A DNA stretch of 46,654 bases from an uncultured Muribaculaceae bacterium (lineage in GTDB: Bacteria > Bacillota_I > Bacilli_A > RF39 > UBA660). Both the position numbers and the translations under genes were made by a program. Below are positions 26,054-36,188 of this stretch, in pieces. Positions within the stretch are counted from its first letter, which is position 1. Each line of letters begins with the position of its first letter. Where the stretch lies: assembly GCA_964435635.1 (NCBI GenBank), contig CAYSZU010000002.1, positions 10,262 through 56,915 on the forward strand, in the 5' to 3' direction. The notes below the pieces were generated by a model. The model had not been told where the DNA came from and did no database searches. It saw only the letters and a list, made by a program, of their open reading frames with translations.

Positions 26054-27795
26054 TTTTTCCCTCCTATACTTATCCCTGGAATACAGTGTTTTTCGTTATT
26101 TATATAAGACCAGTAACCATTATTAAACCGCTCGGCTATTTCTTGTTCATCGATTCTTGTTAAGTCTTGTGGAGGACAATATATATAATAATTGTTCTCC
26201 GGGGCGTCTTCATATATATCAGCTTCGTTAATAGTAAAAACTGCTACGGCTTTAGCTGGATTATTATTTTCTCTAATGATTGAGAAATTAAAGTTTCTTC
26301 TTAGCTCATCATTATTGAACAATATCTTTTTTAATTGGAGAATATAAGACATTGCATCAACCCCATATAAACTGGCCTGCTTAACTTTTGCAATTATTAT
26401 GGTTAATTTATGAGTTAAGGTAATTTTATTTTCTTTAACAGGGTTGGTTTGCTGATATTGTCTTAATATATCAGCAAATGATTCAACCCGCTCAACCACC
26501 ATAATTTGCTCCTTTTGAGTTTCTTTTAACTCTTGCCTCGCAACTAAATAATACATGTTTGATAATTTAAGCCGAAACTCTGCTTGAGTATCTTGATTAA
26601 TATTTAGACATTTCAGACCAACTAACGGCTGATTTAATTTAGCTTGCACCATATCGCCTTGAAGGATTGAAGTAACTGAATCGGCTTCAACAATAAATTT
26701 GCCTTGGCGTAAACGTAAATTAGCATGAGCTCCCCCAAAACCACCTAGACTTCTTGAGTCAATTTGAAAATCAATTCCTAGTTCTGCTAATAACTTAGCA
26801 TAAATAATATTAAACTCATAACAAACAACCTTATTGTTTTGTAAATTTATTTCGGCCACATGATCAATATTTTCGTGTTTTTTAACAACTTCTCCTCTTT
26901 GATTATAAACGTAGTATTCTTCGTCGTAAGTTAATATCTTACACATTTTAAGATATATATACATAGCCTTTTCTAATAAGGTTACATTAGTTGGCATATT
27001 AGCTAAAATTGTCATCTTTAGTTCAGCATCAATTATAGTTTTTTTTACATTTTTATCTTCAAATGCTTGGCATTCATTAATAGCTTGGTAATCTATTTTT
27101 TGAAACGTTATTAATTCTTCTAATCTTTCATTAATTTGAAAAGGAATAAGATAGTTATTGGAAACGTTATTAGTTTTATAATAGCTTATTAAAGCGTAAA
27201 CAAAATACTCTTTTGGGATTTTACCGATTTCTGGATTTTTACTAAGATCAAAAAAGTTTTCGTAACGATTAGGTGGTAATTCTAAAAAGTTGATAAACAT
27301 TGAAACCGGAATCACATAAGGATATCCTTCAATATTAAGATTATAGTTTTTTTCTTTATTTTTATTAACAAAATTATGATAATCAACTTGCTCAATCAAA
27401 AAATTAACCCGTTTCATTGTTTCATCATCAAATTTATGGCCAGTTTTCATTAATTCTTGCAAACCAATAACAATGGTCATCTTGTTTAAAACATGACCAT
27501 TTTTAATGTCACCATTAATTATTATTGTTGATTTAAAATACTCAATTTCATTATTGAAAAGCTTTTTGACATATAAATAATAACGCTCATCTGTTACTAA
27601 CTTAATTAGCAAATTAACATTAACAAGACTTACTGTTTTTAATCTTTTCCCCGTTAAATAAGAAAGCTTTGGTCCAGTCTTATTCTCTTCGTTTTCAGCT
27701 GCTGTAATAAATAAAAGCCAATTCATATGTGGTTTTAAATAAGGGTATTTTTCTAATTGCTCTTCAATTGTTAATTCTGCCATATTATTCACCAA
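26050..27795 (-). CDS. Large transglutaminase/papain-like fold protein (paralog family member)
   Basis: 581 aa with LLEKAMYIYLKMCKILTYD ... KVVCYEFNIIYAKLLAELGIDFQI ... GGAHANLRL ... FIVEADS (Cys-His-Asp). The C-terminal FNNGYWSY matches MENGWRTN of ORF 4229..5182. Confidence 0.6.
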   Translation of the reverse strand: MVNNMAELTIEEQLEKYPYLKPHMNWLLFITAAENEENKTGPKLSYLTGKRLKTVSLVNVNLLIKLVTDERYYLYVKKLFNNEIEYFKSTIIINGDIKNGHVLNKMTIVIGLQELMKTGHKFDDETMKRVNFLIEQVDYHNFVNKNKEKNYNLNIEGYPYVIPVSMFINFLELPPNRYENFFDLSKNPEIGKIPKEYFVYALISYYKTNNVSNNYLIPFQINERLEELITFQKIDYQAINECQAFEDKNVKKTIIDAELKMTILANMPTNVTLLEKAMYIYLKMCKILTYDEEYYVYNQRGEVVKKHENIDHVAEINLQNNKVVCYEFNIIYAKLLAELGIDFQIDSRSLGGFGGAHANLRLRQGKFIVEADSVTSILQGDMVQAKLNQPLVGLKCLNINQDTQAEFRLKLSNMYYLVARQELKETQKEQIMVVERVESFADILRQYQQTNPVKENKITLTHKLTIIIAKVKQASLYGVDAMSYILQLKKILFNNDELRRNFNFSIIRENNNPAKAVAVFTINEADIYEDAPENNYYIYCPPQDLTRIDEQEIAERFNNGYWSYINNEKHCIPGISIGGKK

Positions 27796-27833
27796 TCATA
27801 TTATATCATTAGTAGTAGTTAAAATTGCCATTT

Positions 27834-27859
27834 AAAAATCAAACTTAACAGTTTGATTT
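27834..27859 (-). terminator. Rho-independent terminator after the HD-domain gene
   Basis: AAAAATCAAAC - TTAACA - GTTTGATTT. Confidence 0.55.
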
Positions 27860-27912
27860 AATTATTTTACATATTGTTTTTTTCTAAAGTCTTAATATTA
27901 ATTAATGGTAAA

Positions 27913-29010
27913 TTATTTATTTTTTGTTTTACTTAATTTATGAACCTTATTTTGTTGTGGTTTAAAGTCAAAATTAAAATAATTATATTGCGCATACTCT
28001 TGATTCAAATATTCATCAATTGCTTTTTTTGCTTGGGCAGATACCGCATCTATTCTTTTAATTCCATTATTGGTATGAACTAAAGGAATAATATATCTTC
28101 TTTTTGATTTTATTGAAACACAATAGACATCTTCAATCATTTCTGAACTATCATAAGCAGTTTTTGTTGCTCTATACTTATTAAATGCCTCACTCAAATA
28201 TTGATTAGGGCAATTAATAATTCGGTTAATAATTTCCTGTTCCGAACATGTATATAAATCATCAATTTCAAGATAACCTTGCTGCCACATTGCTCTTACC
28301 ATATCAGCCATGAATTGCATTGCCATTTTATCATTACCACAAATCCACATAGGCCATATTTTAGCCAAAGTATTGATATATTTTTCACAAATATTAATAT
28401 CCTTAAACCCAAATTCAGCCATTCCTTGCTCGTTTTTTAAAATAGTAACATTGTTGTAGCACTCGCTAATTGTATCAAGTTCCCAAATTCGAAAAAAGGT
28501 TAATCCACTGGCAAAACTATATTCAAAACGATCAGCAGAAAAATTTGGTGTTTCATTATCTGCTAATGGATATATTTTATAATCGATTATTTCTTCGAGT
28601 TCAATTCCGTCTCGTTTAAGTAACCTCATTATTTCTTCAGAATTACTAATTGTGCTCTCGGTTCTTTCTTCGGTTGATTCTTGTTGTTCTGAATCGCCAT
28701 TCATAAAATCTATACAATGTTTGAATACTGGCGTCGCAATATCATGGAATAAACCAGCTAAGGTTTGTTTTTTATCTTGAGTAAAGTGCCAAAGAATTAA
28801 GGCAACCCCAACACTATGTTCTAAATTAGAATACCAATATCTAATATCAAACATTGAAGAATAGTCTATGCCACAACTGATCCCAATATGCTTAATTCTT
28901 TGCATTTCTGGAGTATCTATATATTCTAGTAACCACTCAGGAAATTCTGGACAAAGAATTTTAAAATATGCTTGAATTTCGTCATTCAAACTTGCTAAGT
29001 ATTTATTCAT
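27913..29010 (-). CDS. HD-domain metal-dependent phosphohydrolase
   Basis: 365 aa with NLEHSVGVALILWHF ... LAGLFHDIATPVFKH (H...HD signature). Confidence 0.75.
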   Translation of the reverse strand: MNKYLASLNDEIQAYFKILCPEFPEWLLEYIDTPEMQRIKHIGISCGIDYSSMFDIRYWYSNLEHSVGVALILWHFTQDKKQTLAGLFHDIATPVFKHCIDFMNGDSEQQESTEERTESTISNSEEIMRLLKRDGIELEEIIDYKIYPLADNETPNFSADRFEYSFASGLTFFRIWELDTISECYNNVTILKNEQGMAEFGFKDINICEKYINTLAKIWPMWICGNDKMAMQFMADMVRAMWQQGYLEIDDLYTCSEQEIINRIINCPNQYLSEAFNKYRATKTAYDSSEMIEDVYCVSIKSKRRYIIPLVHTNNGIKRIDAVSAQAKKAIDEYLNQEYAQYNYFNFDFKPQQNKVHKLSKTKNK

Positions 29011-29068
29011 TTTTACCCTCCTGAAAATATACTAAATATTATATCATTATATTTATTTATTACCAATT

Positions 29069-29095
29069 AAAAATCAAACCAATTAGTTTGATTTT
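29069..29095 (-). terminator. Rho-independent terminator after ORF 29101..29571
   Basis: AAAAATCAAAC - CAATTA - GTTTGATTTT. The stem sequence is the same as in the terminator at 27834-27859. Confidence 0.55.
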
Positions 29096-29100
29096 AATAT

Positions 29101-29571
29101 TTACATTTTAGCACAATGAATTGTTGTGATTGTCTTATTTATTAAGTTTAGGACTTGAATTGTTTCTTGATTATGAATGTCCTTACTATTATCTATCCCC
29201 CACATACGGCATTCAGTTAATTGGACTTCAATTAGTATCTCATTTGGTAAGTTAGTATAGTTTTGATATGTTTCTAAATGCTTTTCTTTTATCAATTCAA
29301 CAAATTTCGGGTTACTGGTTGGATGGCCAACAATAGTTGCTATCCCTTTTAGGTAACAAGGTCCTATATTTATTGCCACATGAGAATTATCTTTGATATT
29401 TTGAGCCTTTTCAAAAGAACTATCAGTTTGAAAGTAAACCTTCAGCCCATCACTAACAAGGCACATTTGGGAAGCACTTACTACTCCGTTTTTATTTGCC
29501 GTTGCTAAAACGCCAAACTTAGTTAGCTTTAACATTTTTTCAATCTTGGCAATGAATTCATTATGTTCCAT
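29101..29571 (-). CDS. Pyridoxamine 5'-phosphate oxidase-like FMN-binding split-barrel protein
   Basis: 156 aa: FGVLATANKNGVVSASQMCLVSDGLKVYFQTDSSFEKAQNIKDNSHVAI is typical of the PNPOx / general stress protein 26 fold. Confidence 0.7.
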   Translation of the reverse strand: MEHNEFIAKIEKMLKLTKFGVLATANKNGVVSASQMCLVSDGLKVYFQTDSSFEKAQNIKDNSHVAINIGPCYLKGIATIVGHPTSNPKFVELIKEKHLETYQNYTNLPNEILIEVQLTECRMWGIDNSKDIHNQETIQVLNLINKTITTIHCAKM

Positions 29572-29623
29572 AAAACACCTCTTTAAATATTATAAAATAG
29601 TTTCAGTTTAAAAACTAGTCGGT

Positions 29624-30136
29624 TTAACCAGCTAATAATGAGTTTAAATCTTTAGCGTTTCGCCACCCAGTATAATCTGCTTTTTCTAATTGACCATTTG
29701 GAATAATCGCAATTAAATACCATAGGGCCATTTCAGTAGTACCAAATTCCGGAATTTCTTTTTCAATTGTAAATGCTATTCCTTGATCGATTGTAACTTT
29801 ACTTAAGCGTTCTTTAATACTACCAGATCCAACTTCATCAACTTGAATAAAAATATGATTGTTTTGTAAATATTTTTTTAAGTCAAAGGTTTTAAATTCA
29901 AAAAAATATTTACTAAATGTTTCATAACCTTTTTCATCAGCAATATAATACTTATTAACATTAATGATGCTTATAAAATCATAATATTCATGGGTCTGAT
30001 AAGAGTAAGTTAAAATTTCATTATCAACTTCAATTTTGTTGTATATTCCTAAATAGTATAATAAACTAACCCCACTTAATATCAATATAATACTAAAAAC
30101 AATGACTCTTTTTCCAACTTTAGTCTTTAAAAACAT
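29624..30136 (-). CDS. Membrane-anchored hypothetical protein
   Basis: 170 aa with the N-terminal signal-anchor RVIVFSIILILSGVSLLYYLGIY. Confidence 0.55.
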   Translation of the reverse strand: MFLKTKVGKRVIVFSIILILSGVSLLYYLGIYNKIEVDNEILTYSYQTHEYYDFISIINVNKYYIADEKGYETFSKYFFEFKTFDLKKYLQNNHIFIQVDEVGSGSIKERLSKVTIDQGIAFTIEKEIPEFGTTEMALWYLIAIIPNGQLEKADYTGWRNAKDLNSLLAG

Positions 30137-30190
30137 AACTAATCACTCCAATAAATTAATTATAACACTTATTATAATTTAATACTTTAT

Positions 30191-30214
30191 AAAAAAAACG
30201 ACCATAAATGGTCG
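30191..30214 (-). terminator. Rho-independent terminator of the uppP transcription unit
   Basis: On the minus strand: CGACCA-TTTA-TGGTCG followed by T8 (A-run 30191-30198 on plus). Confidence 0.6.
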
Positions 30215-30228
30215 GTTTATATTTTTTA

Positions 30229-30414
30229 TTAATGACGAGGTCCACTCGGTTCTGCTTTTTTTTGATAAGTTGAATCAATTTCAGTTAAAAAAACTAATTT
30301 ATATTTATCATATAAGTCTTTTTCCTCAGGAGAAAATTTAGAAATGATGAACTAGACAATATTTATAAAGTTATTCCTGATTTTTCTAAAAACTTTCTTG
30401 TCATTTTCTTCCAT
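30229..30414 (-). pseudogene. Small ORF (61 codons) interrupted by an in-frame TAG at codon 21
   Basis: SD GGAG lies 6 nt before the ATG (30414). Translation: MEENDKKVFRKIRNNFINIV-TAG-FIISKFSPEEKDLYDKYKLVFLTEIDSTYQKKAEPSGPRH-TAA. The terminator hairpin follows the second stop, not the first. Confidence 0.35.
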
Positions 30415-30458
30415 AATTTTCTCCTTTTTTTTATTTTATATTAATAAAATTATATCAT

Positions 30459-31268
30459 CTAATTAAATAAGAAGTAAAGTAAAACGATTAATCCTAACCC
30501 GATGCGATACCAGCCAAAAATTTTAAAATCATTTTTTCTAATATATTTTAATAAAAATTTAATAGTTAAGATTGAAACGAGAAAAGCTGTTATCATCCCA
30601 ATAATTAGAATGTAAATCTCAACCCTAGAAAAGACAAGCCCAAACTTAAATAATTTTAAAAACGAAGCCCCAAACATAACTGGTAAAGCTAAAATAAAAG
30701 TGTATTCGGTAATAACCTTTCGATTCATTCCTAGTAATAACCCGCCGACAATAGTCGCCCCACTTCTTGAAGTTCCAGGAATAATCGATAAAACTTGAAA
30801 TAAGCCAATTAATAAAGCCGTTTTAATTGTAATCTCTTTAAACGAAGTAATTGTTTCTTTTTTGTTTTTATTTTCAATCATTATAAATAAAATACCGTAA
30901 ACTATTAACATAATAGCAACCGTGTTAGCATTATAGAAATGATCATACATCCAATCATCAAAAAGCAAGCCAATTATTCCCGCCGGAAGACAACTGATAA
31001 ATATCTTAAACCATAGTTTATAAGCTTCTTTTCTTTCGGCGGTTATTTTGTTAAGGGGATTTAGATAATTTAAAAAAATTAATAAAACGGCTAGAATAGC
31101 CCCTAACTGAATAACAACTAAAAACACCTCTTTAAATGCGGCCGTTATATTTAATTTTATAAACTCATCTAATAGAATCATATGGCCAGTTGAAGAAATC
31201 GGCAGCCATTCAGTTATGCCTTCAACAATCCCAATTATAATAACTTTTAAAATTTCAATAATACTCAT
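30459..31268 (-). CDS. uppP: Undecaprenyl-diphosphate phosphatase
   Basis: 269 aa polytopic protein with the BacA/UppP motifs [11 protein letters not shown] and [10 protein letters not shown]. Confidence 0.9.
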   Translation of the reverse strand: MSIIEILKVIIIGIVEGITEWLPISSTGHMILLDEFIKLNITAAFKEVFLVVIQLGAILAVLLIFLNYLNPLNKITAERKEAYKLWFKIFISCLPAGIIGLLFDDWMYDHFYNANTVAIMLIVYGILFIMIENKNKKETITSFKEITIKTALLIGLFQVLSIIPGTSRSGATIVGGLLLGMNRKVITEYTFILALPVMFGASFLKLFKFGLVFSRVEIYILIIGMITAFLVSILTIKFLLKYIRKNDFKIFGWYRIGLGLIVLLYFLFN

Positions 31269-31290
31269 TGTTTTACCTACTAACTATTTT

Positions 31291-31914
31291 TTATGAATCA
31301 ATTACAATCTTCAAAGCCGTCCCTTGGGGCGGATAACTCTCCATTATTTGATCACCAATCGTTATTGTTAACTTCCCTTTTATATCTTCAATAGTTGCTT
31401 TTGTTCCATTATCATAAATTATTATTGTTGCCTTAGTTATACTTAAATATATTGAATCAAAACCATCGTAGGTTGGACATGAAACAAAAATACTATTACC
31501 ATTTCTTTGCATCAAAGTTGCTCGAAAAGTGTTCTTATCTTTTCCTTTGTAATCGTTAACATCCTCTACTGTTGCTAGAAGCTCCGCTCCGCTTTTATAG
31601 CAGATATCATTTTCGTTAGCAAAAGATAAATAAAAGATTTGGTCTTCACCAACTACGTATTGTAAAACATGAAGTCCAGAACCAATATCTTTAGTATTTC
31701 CAAGCTGATAAACTATTTCTCTATAACTTAGACCTTTTTTAAGCGCTAAGATTTGTTCAGCCGTTATTTTTTTAGTAGCTATTAAATCAGAATACTCTGT
31801 TTTATAAGGCGCTCCTTCTTTTTCAAAATAACTATAGCCTAGAACAATAACTAAACCACTTAAAACAGCAATTATTATAATGACTATTTCCTTTATATTT
31901 TGCCTCTTTTTCAT
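31291..31914 (-). CDS. Membrane-anchored extracytoplasmic hypothetical protein
   Basis: 207 aa with the signal-anchor IVIIIIAVLSGLVIVLGYSYF. Confidence 0.55.
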   Translation of the reverse strand: MKKRQNIKEIVIIIIAVLSGLVIVLGYSYFEKEGAPYKTEYSDLIATKKITAEQILALKKGLSYREIVYQLGNTKDIGSGLHVLQYVVGEDQIFYLSFANENDICYKSGAELLATVEDVNDYKGKDKNTFRATLMQRNGNSIFVSCPTYDGFDSIYLSITKATIIIYDNGTKATIEDIKGKLTITIGDQIMESYPPQGTALKIVIDS

Positions 31915-31937
31915 TTTATTTAACTCCTTATGATAAA

Positions 31938-32420
31938 TTATTTCACTAAATCTTTAGCCCATTTAATGATTATTGGTTTTAATTTAGTAAAATCTTTTAT
32001 AACTTTTGGACACCCTAATGCTGAAATAAATTTACTTTTTTTATTTATGGCTTGTTGGGCCTTAAAAGCAGCGTCTTTTGCCCCGCCTTCATGACAATAA
32101 AAATAAGCAACCTTTTTATCAACTAATAATTGACTATTTATAACCGTTTTAACTGGCGGTGCAAAAGTGCCAGCCCAAATTGGACTACCAATGAATACCA
32201 AATCATAGTTGCTAATATCTATATCTAAAGGTTTAATCTTACTAGTTTGACCTAGGATAGTTCTAATTCCTAAAACTAAATATTTTTTAAAACCGCTTGT
32301 TTTACTTTCTTTAAGCATTTTAATAGCAATTATTTTAGCGCTTGTTTCCTTAGCGATTAACTCTGCTACCTTTTTAGTACTACCCTCATAAGAATAGTAT
32401 ATTACAATTGCTTTTTTCAT
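31938..32420 (-). CDS. Flavodoxin-family FMN protein
   Basis: 160 aa with KKAIVIYYSYEGSTKKVAELIA (FMN phosphate loop) and FIGSPIWAGTF. Confidence 0.8.
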   Translation of the reverse strand: MKKAIVIYYSYEGSTKKVAELIAKETSAKIIAIKMLKESKTSGFKKYLVLGIRTILGQTSKIKPLDIDISNYDLVFIGSPIWAGTFAPPVKTVINSQLLVDKKVAYFYCHEGGAKDAAFKAQQAINKKSKFISALGCPKVIKDFTKLKPIIIKWAKDLVK

Positions 32421-32550
32421 TATCTCACCTAAATAAATTATATCATAAAAGCCTTTTTCTGTTATGATATATTTTACAATAATTATATAGATAAAATTTT
32501 TTACTTGTAAATAGGTCTTTTATGAATTATTATTGTTAAAGGAGGTTTTT

Positions 32551-32826
32551 ATGATTATTAATGATTATCCAATTAGCGATATAATTAGTTTAGAAACTTT
32601 GTTAAATAATACTGAAGCTATTTATAATCAAAGTGGCAGTGATGAGGACAAAGTAAACTATGAGCGCTTACTAAAAAGTTTTAAAAGCTTATTATTAAGG
32701 CATGTTATTATTTCAGAAATAGCAGCCTTTTCATCTCATAGTCACGAAATACAACAAACTCATGAAGAGTTAAAAGAAAAATATGAACATTATTTTGGGC
32801 AAGATTGTCTTACATTTAATAAATAG
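32551..32826 (+). CDS. Small hypothetical protein
   Basis: The ATG at 32551 is preceded by AAGGAGG, so it is preferred over the TTG at 32533 used in the track. A terminator follows directly. Confidence 0.5.
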   Translation: MIINDYPISDIISLETLLNNTEAIYNQSGSDEDKVNYERLLKSFKSLLLRHVIISEIAAFSSHSHEIQQTHEELKEKYEHYFGQDCLTFNK

Positions 32827-32853
32827 AAGGAATGTTTTAAACATTCCTTTTTT
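32827..32853 (+). terminator. Rho-independent terminator
   Basis: AAGGAATGT - TTTAA - ACATTCCTT followed by TTTT. Confidence 0.6.
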
Positions 32854-33062
32854 AAATTTAATTTTTTTTTATTTAAGTAAAGATAGTTCATTTAAATATT
32901 TATGTATTTTTTAATATCATAATATTTATATTATTTGGATAATGAGAGACTTTTTTAAGCCAACTATATTCGCCTTTGTTATCAAATAAAAACCAATTAT
33001 TTTTCAATCTGTTATTAAATAAATCTTGTTTCTTCATTTTCTCACCTCAATATCTTATTATA

Positions 33063-33608
33063 TTAATTTATTACTCCCTGTCGGCGGTTAGTATCAATGT
33101 GCTGCTTCTTATAACTACTAATATAATTCTTAAAGCTTTCAAACCTTTCGCCATACATTAGATAACCCGGCATAATCGTTTTATAATACTCATCACTTTT
33201 ACCGAAAAAAATATTTACACCACTTGACGGAAAAAACAAATACTTCAAGTTTTTCGAGAAAGTTCCAACATCATTAATACCTTGATTCATTCCTATAGCA
33301 TCTTCCGGATCATAATCAAACTGATTCGTTAAATTGAAGGTATCACCAGGCTTTTCTTTACCATAAATAGCCATTGAAACATCATCAAAAGAAAAGGTTT
33401 GATCACCATTGTCAACCAAGACAATTGTATGTAAATCATTACCGTCTCGACAAAAGACAATTAAACTATATACATCTACTTGTTCAAGTAACACTTTGTA
33501 ATAATAACTAATTGAATTACATATTCCTTTACCACTTAATAACAGATTATTTATTTGTTTAATCGCATCCTTACTATTGTTTTCTAATTCTTCATAGTCA
33601 AATGCCAA
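33063..33608 (-). CDS. Short protein with a transglutaminase/papain-like Cys-His-Asp pattern (possible fourth family member or remnant)
   Basis: 181 aa with GKGICNSISYYYKVLLEQVDVYSLIV ... DLHTIVLV ... FSFDDV. The only start available is a TTG with no clear SD, so it may be N-terminally truncated. Confidence 0.45.
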   Translation of the reverse strand: MAFDYEELENNSKDAIKQINNLLLSGKGICNSISYYYKVLLEQVDVYSLIVFCRDGNDLHTIVLVDNGDQTFSFDDVSMAIYGKEKPGDTFNLTNQFDYDPEDAIGMNQGINDVGTFSKNLKYLFFPSSGVNIFFGKSDEYYKTIMPGYLMYGERFESFKNYISSYKKQHIDTNRRQGVIN

Positions 33609-33659
33609 AGTGTTTACTAGATTATTAAATATTCTCTTTCTTCTTTCATATAAAGAAAA

Positions 33660-34214
33660 CTATCCAACTAGATCAAAACTATTTATATATTTTTCTAACT
33701 CTAGCCAATTATTAACTTGTTTTTTATTAGTTGCTAAATTTGCAACATCCGAATACATTAGACAATTAACCCCCGCTTGTTCTAATTCATCCAAAATTGG
33801 TAAATAATCATCAATCATTAGATTGATGTTATTCTCAAGACATATTTTTGCCTTATCCCTTGTTTTAAAAATCATTTTATCAGTAATAAGCTTGTGCTTT
33901 TTAAAGTACTCAACGGTTGCTTCAACCACACCATCAATATGGGTATACCCTCTTGTTGTAATGATAACTATTTTATGACCTTTTTTTCTAAGACGATTAA
34001 TTACTTTTTTTACATTTGGTTTTAACTGGTAATTACTTATCATCTCGGGAAGATTGGCCTTATAAAAATCATATAATTTCCCTTCTATTTTAGGGGCGTG
34101 TAAGATCTTGTTAACTAACTCTTCATCAGCTGTTTTAAAATACTTTTTAGCATAAACCATGATTAATTCTTTAGAATTAGTCATGGTATCGTCTATGTCT
34201 AAACCTACCGTCAT
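33660..34214 (-). CDS. HAD-superfamily phosphatase (5'(3')-deoxyribonucleotidase-like)
   Basis: 184 aa with motif I in VGLDIDDTMT (DxDxT), motif II in VIITTRG and a late acidic motif in LMIDDY. Confidence 0.7.
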   Translation of the reverse strand: MTVGLDIDDTMTNSKELIMVYAKKYFKTADEELVNKILHAPKIEGKLYDFYKANLPEMISNYQLKPNVKKVINRLRKKGHKIVIITTRGYTHIDGVVEATVEYFKKHKLITDKMIFKTRDKAKICLENNINLMIDDYLPILDELEQAGVNCLMYSDVANLATNKKQVNNWLELEKYINSFDLVG

Positions 34215-34233
34215 CTAATATCTCCTTTGCTGT

Positions 34234-34842
34234 TTATCTTTTTAGTTCCGTAGTAATTATTTCTTTACCAACATTTATAACATGTTCGTTATTAATATAT
34301 AATCCTGACTCTTCATATAGAATATATAAATCATTGTTATATTCATTAACTAAATTCTTTTGGTCTTCATTAAAATGACACCATACATCTTTATTACCTA
34401 ATACATTTAAACCATTTAAGTCAGTTAAACCCACTTCGTTTTCATCACCAAATAATGCCGGATTAATTGTTTTACCAAAGATAATAGCACCAGCCGAACC
34501 ACCATAAACAAATTTGTTTTCATTAAGAAAAGACATTAATTTCACATCAAAGCCAGTTGCTTTTATTTCTTTTAATAACTTAAATGTATTACCACCACCA
34601 ATATAGATTGCATCATACTTACTTAAATCAACATTAACTAAATCGGTAGTCATTTCAATATTAGTAAAACCAAAAGGTTCATAAACACTTTTAAACCAAT
34701 TTAAACAACCTTCATAAGGTCCTTTATCCCATGCAATTGGGACATAAAGAATCCTTGCTTCTTTTCCTACTTCGGCGCAGAACAATTCATCTAGTTCTTT
34801 TACCTGATTGGAATCACCGCCACCGGATAATAGTAATTTCAT
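34234..34842 (-). CDS. Peptidase S51 (dipeptidase E-like) / class I glutamine amidotransferase-like protein
   Basis: 202 aa with YIGGGNTFKLLKEIK and the nucleophile region VYGGSAGAIIFG. Confidence 0.75.
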   Translation of the reverse strand: MKLLLSGGGDSNQVKELDELFCAEVGKEARILYVPIAWDKGPYEGCLNWFKSVYEPFGFTNIEMTTDLVNVDLSKYDAIYIGGGNTFKLLKEIKATGFDVKLMSFLNENKFVYGGSAGAIIFGKTINPALFGDENEVGLTDLNGLNVLGNKDVWCHFNEDQKNLVNEYNNDLYILYEESGLYINNEHVINVGKEIITTELKR

Positions 34843-35375
34843 ATAATCACTTCCTTATTTTTATTATCTGTCAAATCTAAAGACATTACAGTTTTAATAT
34901 CTATAAAGTTATTGTTTTTATAAAGAATATATGCCGCTAAGTTTGAATTAAAAACCCCAACTTCGATATATCGACATTCGTTATTTAAAGACCACTCTTT
35001 AAAATTATTAATAAGTTTGGTAGCAATATTTAATCTCCTAGCCTTTTTTGCTATAAAGAGTGCATCTAATTTAGCTACCTTATTTACTACACTAGTACCA
35101 TCATCAATAATAAAGCCATATAAATAACCAATGATTTCATTATCTTTCTTAGCAATTAATAAACACCTACTTAGGTCATCAACTACTTGTTCATAAAAGT
35201 TATTAATTACAAACTTTTCGTTTATATTAATATCATAATTTTTTTCAGTTTGAATTAAACAAGTAAAAAGTTCATTTACTTTTGGTATATCGTTTGCTGT
35301 TGCTTTAACTATTTCTATATTCATGGTAATTCCTTCCCTAATATAATACTTATTGAAACTATTAGTCTTTTTCAA
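34839..35375 (-). CDS. GNAT family N-acetyltransferase
   Basis: 178 aa with AKLDALFIAKKARRLNIATKLI (acetyl-CoA binding segment) and a C-terminal YKNNNF. Confidence 0.75.
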   Translation of the reverse strand: MKKTNSFNKYYIREGITMNIEIVKATANDIPKVNELFTCLIQTEKNYDININEKFVINNFYEQVVDDLSRCLLIAKKDNEIIGYLYGFIIDDGTSVVNKVAKLDALFIAKKARRLNIATKLINNFKEWSLNNECRYIEVGVFNSNLAAYILYKNNNFIDIKTVMSLDLTDNKNKEVII

Positions 35376-36141
35376 AGAACGGTTTCATTTTAGTAGTATC
35401 TTCTGTCAGATAATTAGTCTGAAATTCACTACCAACAATATCAAAGCCTTGGGCCGGCATTTCAATTTCATAGTCTTGATATAAAACTTTGCCAGAAACG
35501 GTTGTTAGTTCAATTCTAAATCCTAAGGTTAAAGCAACCGCTTCTCTAGTAATCCCTAAATCATTATATATTTGACTTAAAGTCGGTTGTTCATCCCAGC
35601 CGTAGTTAGAGGAGTCTAATAAAGCAATGCGATTAATTGTTACGGCTAGTGATGATTGATCAAAACTATAAATTGGTTCACTATACTCCTTAATATAATA
35701 ATTCTTACTGCCTTTCAACTCGGTATTATTACCATAAGAGTTATAGTCAGCATATATTTCTTCAGCTACCCCCATTTTTGGGGTTTTAATTAATCTAATG
35801 TTACTTATTGTTTTCTTTTTAATATAATTGTTCGTATCGCTATAATCAATCATGGATGTAAATTCAGTGATAACATTAAATGTCATTGTTATATAGGCTT
35901 TACCATAATTTTCCGCTTCATCACCAAGTGATGTTGTACTACGATAAACATTTACTAAATAACCTTTTGATAAATATTTTTTTGACAAAGAAGTCTCATT
36001 ACCCGTATAACGATTTACTGAATCGTTTTCCTTTTCTTCATAATCTTGCTTATTATCTGTTTGATTCTTATTTGTGTTGCCAAACCCAGTTAATAATAAT
36101 GTTGCCAGTAACAAAATGGTTAATTTTTTCATAAAACTCAA
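35362..36141 (-). CDS. Secreted hypothetical protein
   Basis: 259 aa with signal peptide MKKLTILLLATLLLTGFG and no lipobox Cys. Confidence 0.55.
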   Translation of the reverse strand: MSFMKKLTILLLATLLLTGFGNTNKNQTDNKQDYEEKENDSVNRYTGNETSLSKKYLSKGYLVNVYRSTTSLGDEAENYGKAYITMTFNVITEFTSMIDYSDTNNYIKKKTISNIRLIKTPKMGVAEEIYADYNSYGNNTELKGSKNYYIKEYSEPIYSFDQSSLAVTINRIALLDSSNYGWDEQPTLSQIYNDLGITREAVALTLGFRIELTTVSGKVLYQDYEIEMPAQGFDIVGSEFQTNYLTEDTTKMKPFFEKD

Positions 36142-36163
36142 GTCCTCTCGTCATAATTATAAC

Positions 36164-36188
36164 AAAAAAACAAGTAGTCTACTACTTG
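36164..36188 (-). terminator. Rho-independent terminator after ORF 36374..36760
   Basis: On the minus strand: CAAGTAGT-AG-ACTACTTG followed by T7 (A-run 36164-36170 on plus). Confidence 0.55.

Noticed and set aside
32900-33037. A 45-codon minus-strand ORF (MKKQDLFNNRLKNNWFLFDNKGEYSWLKKVSHYPNNINIMILKNT) with a GAGGTG SD, downstream of ORF 33063..33608.
   Set aside because: It is plausible but unsupported: short, with no recognisable motif and no terminator of its own. It is recorded only as a candidate for transcript or proteome data.
5179-34841. Genetic code 4 (TGA = Trp), as in Mycoplasma and Spiroplasma, given the very low G+C.
   Set aside because: TGA ends four genes exactly at ATGA or other start overlaps (5179, 17613, 26050, 34839). 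All long ORFs are intact under the standard code.
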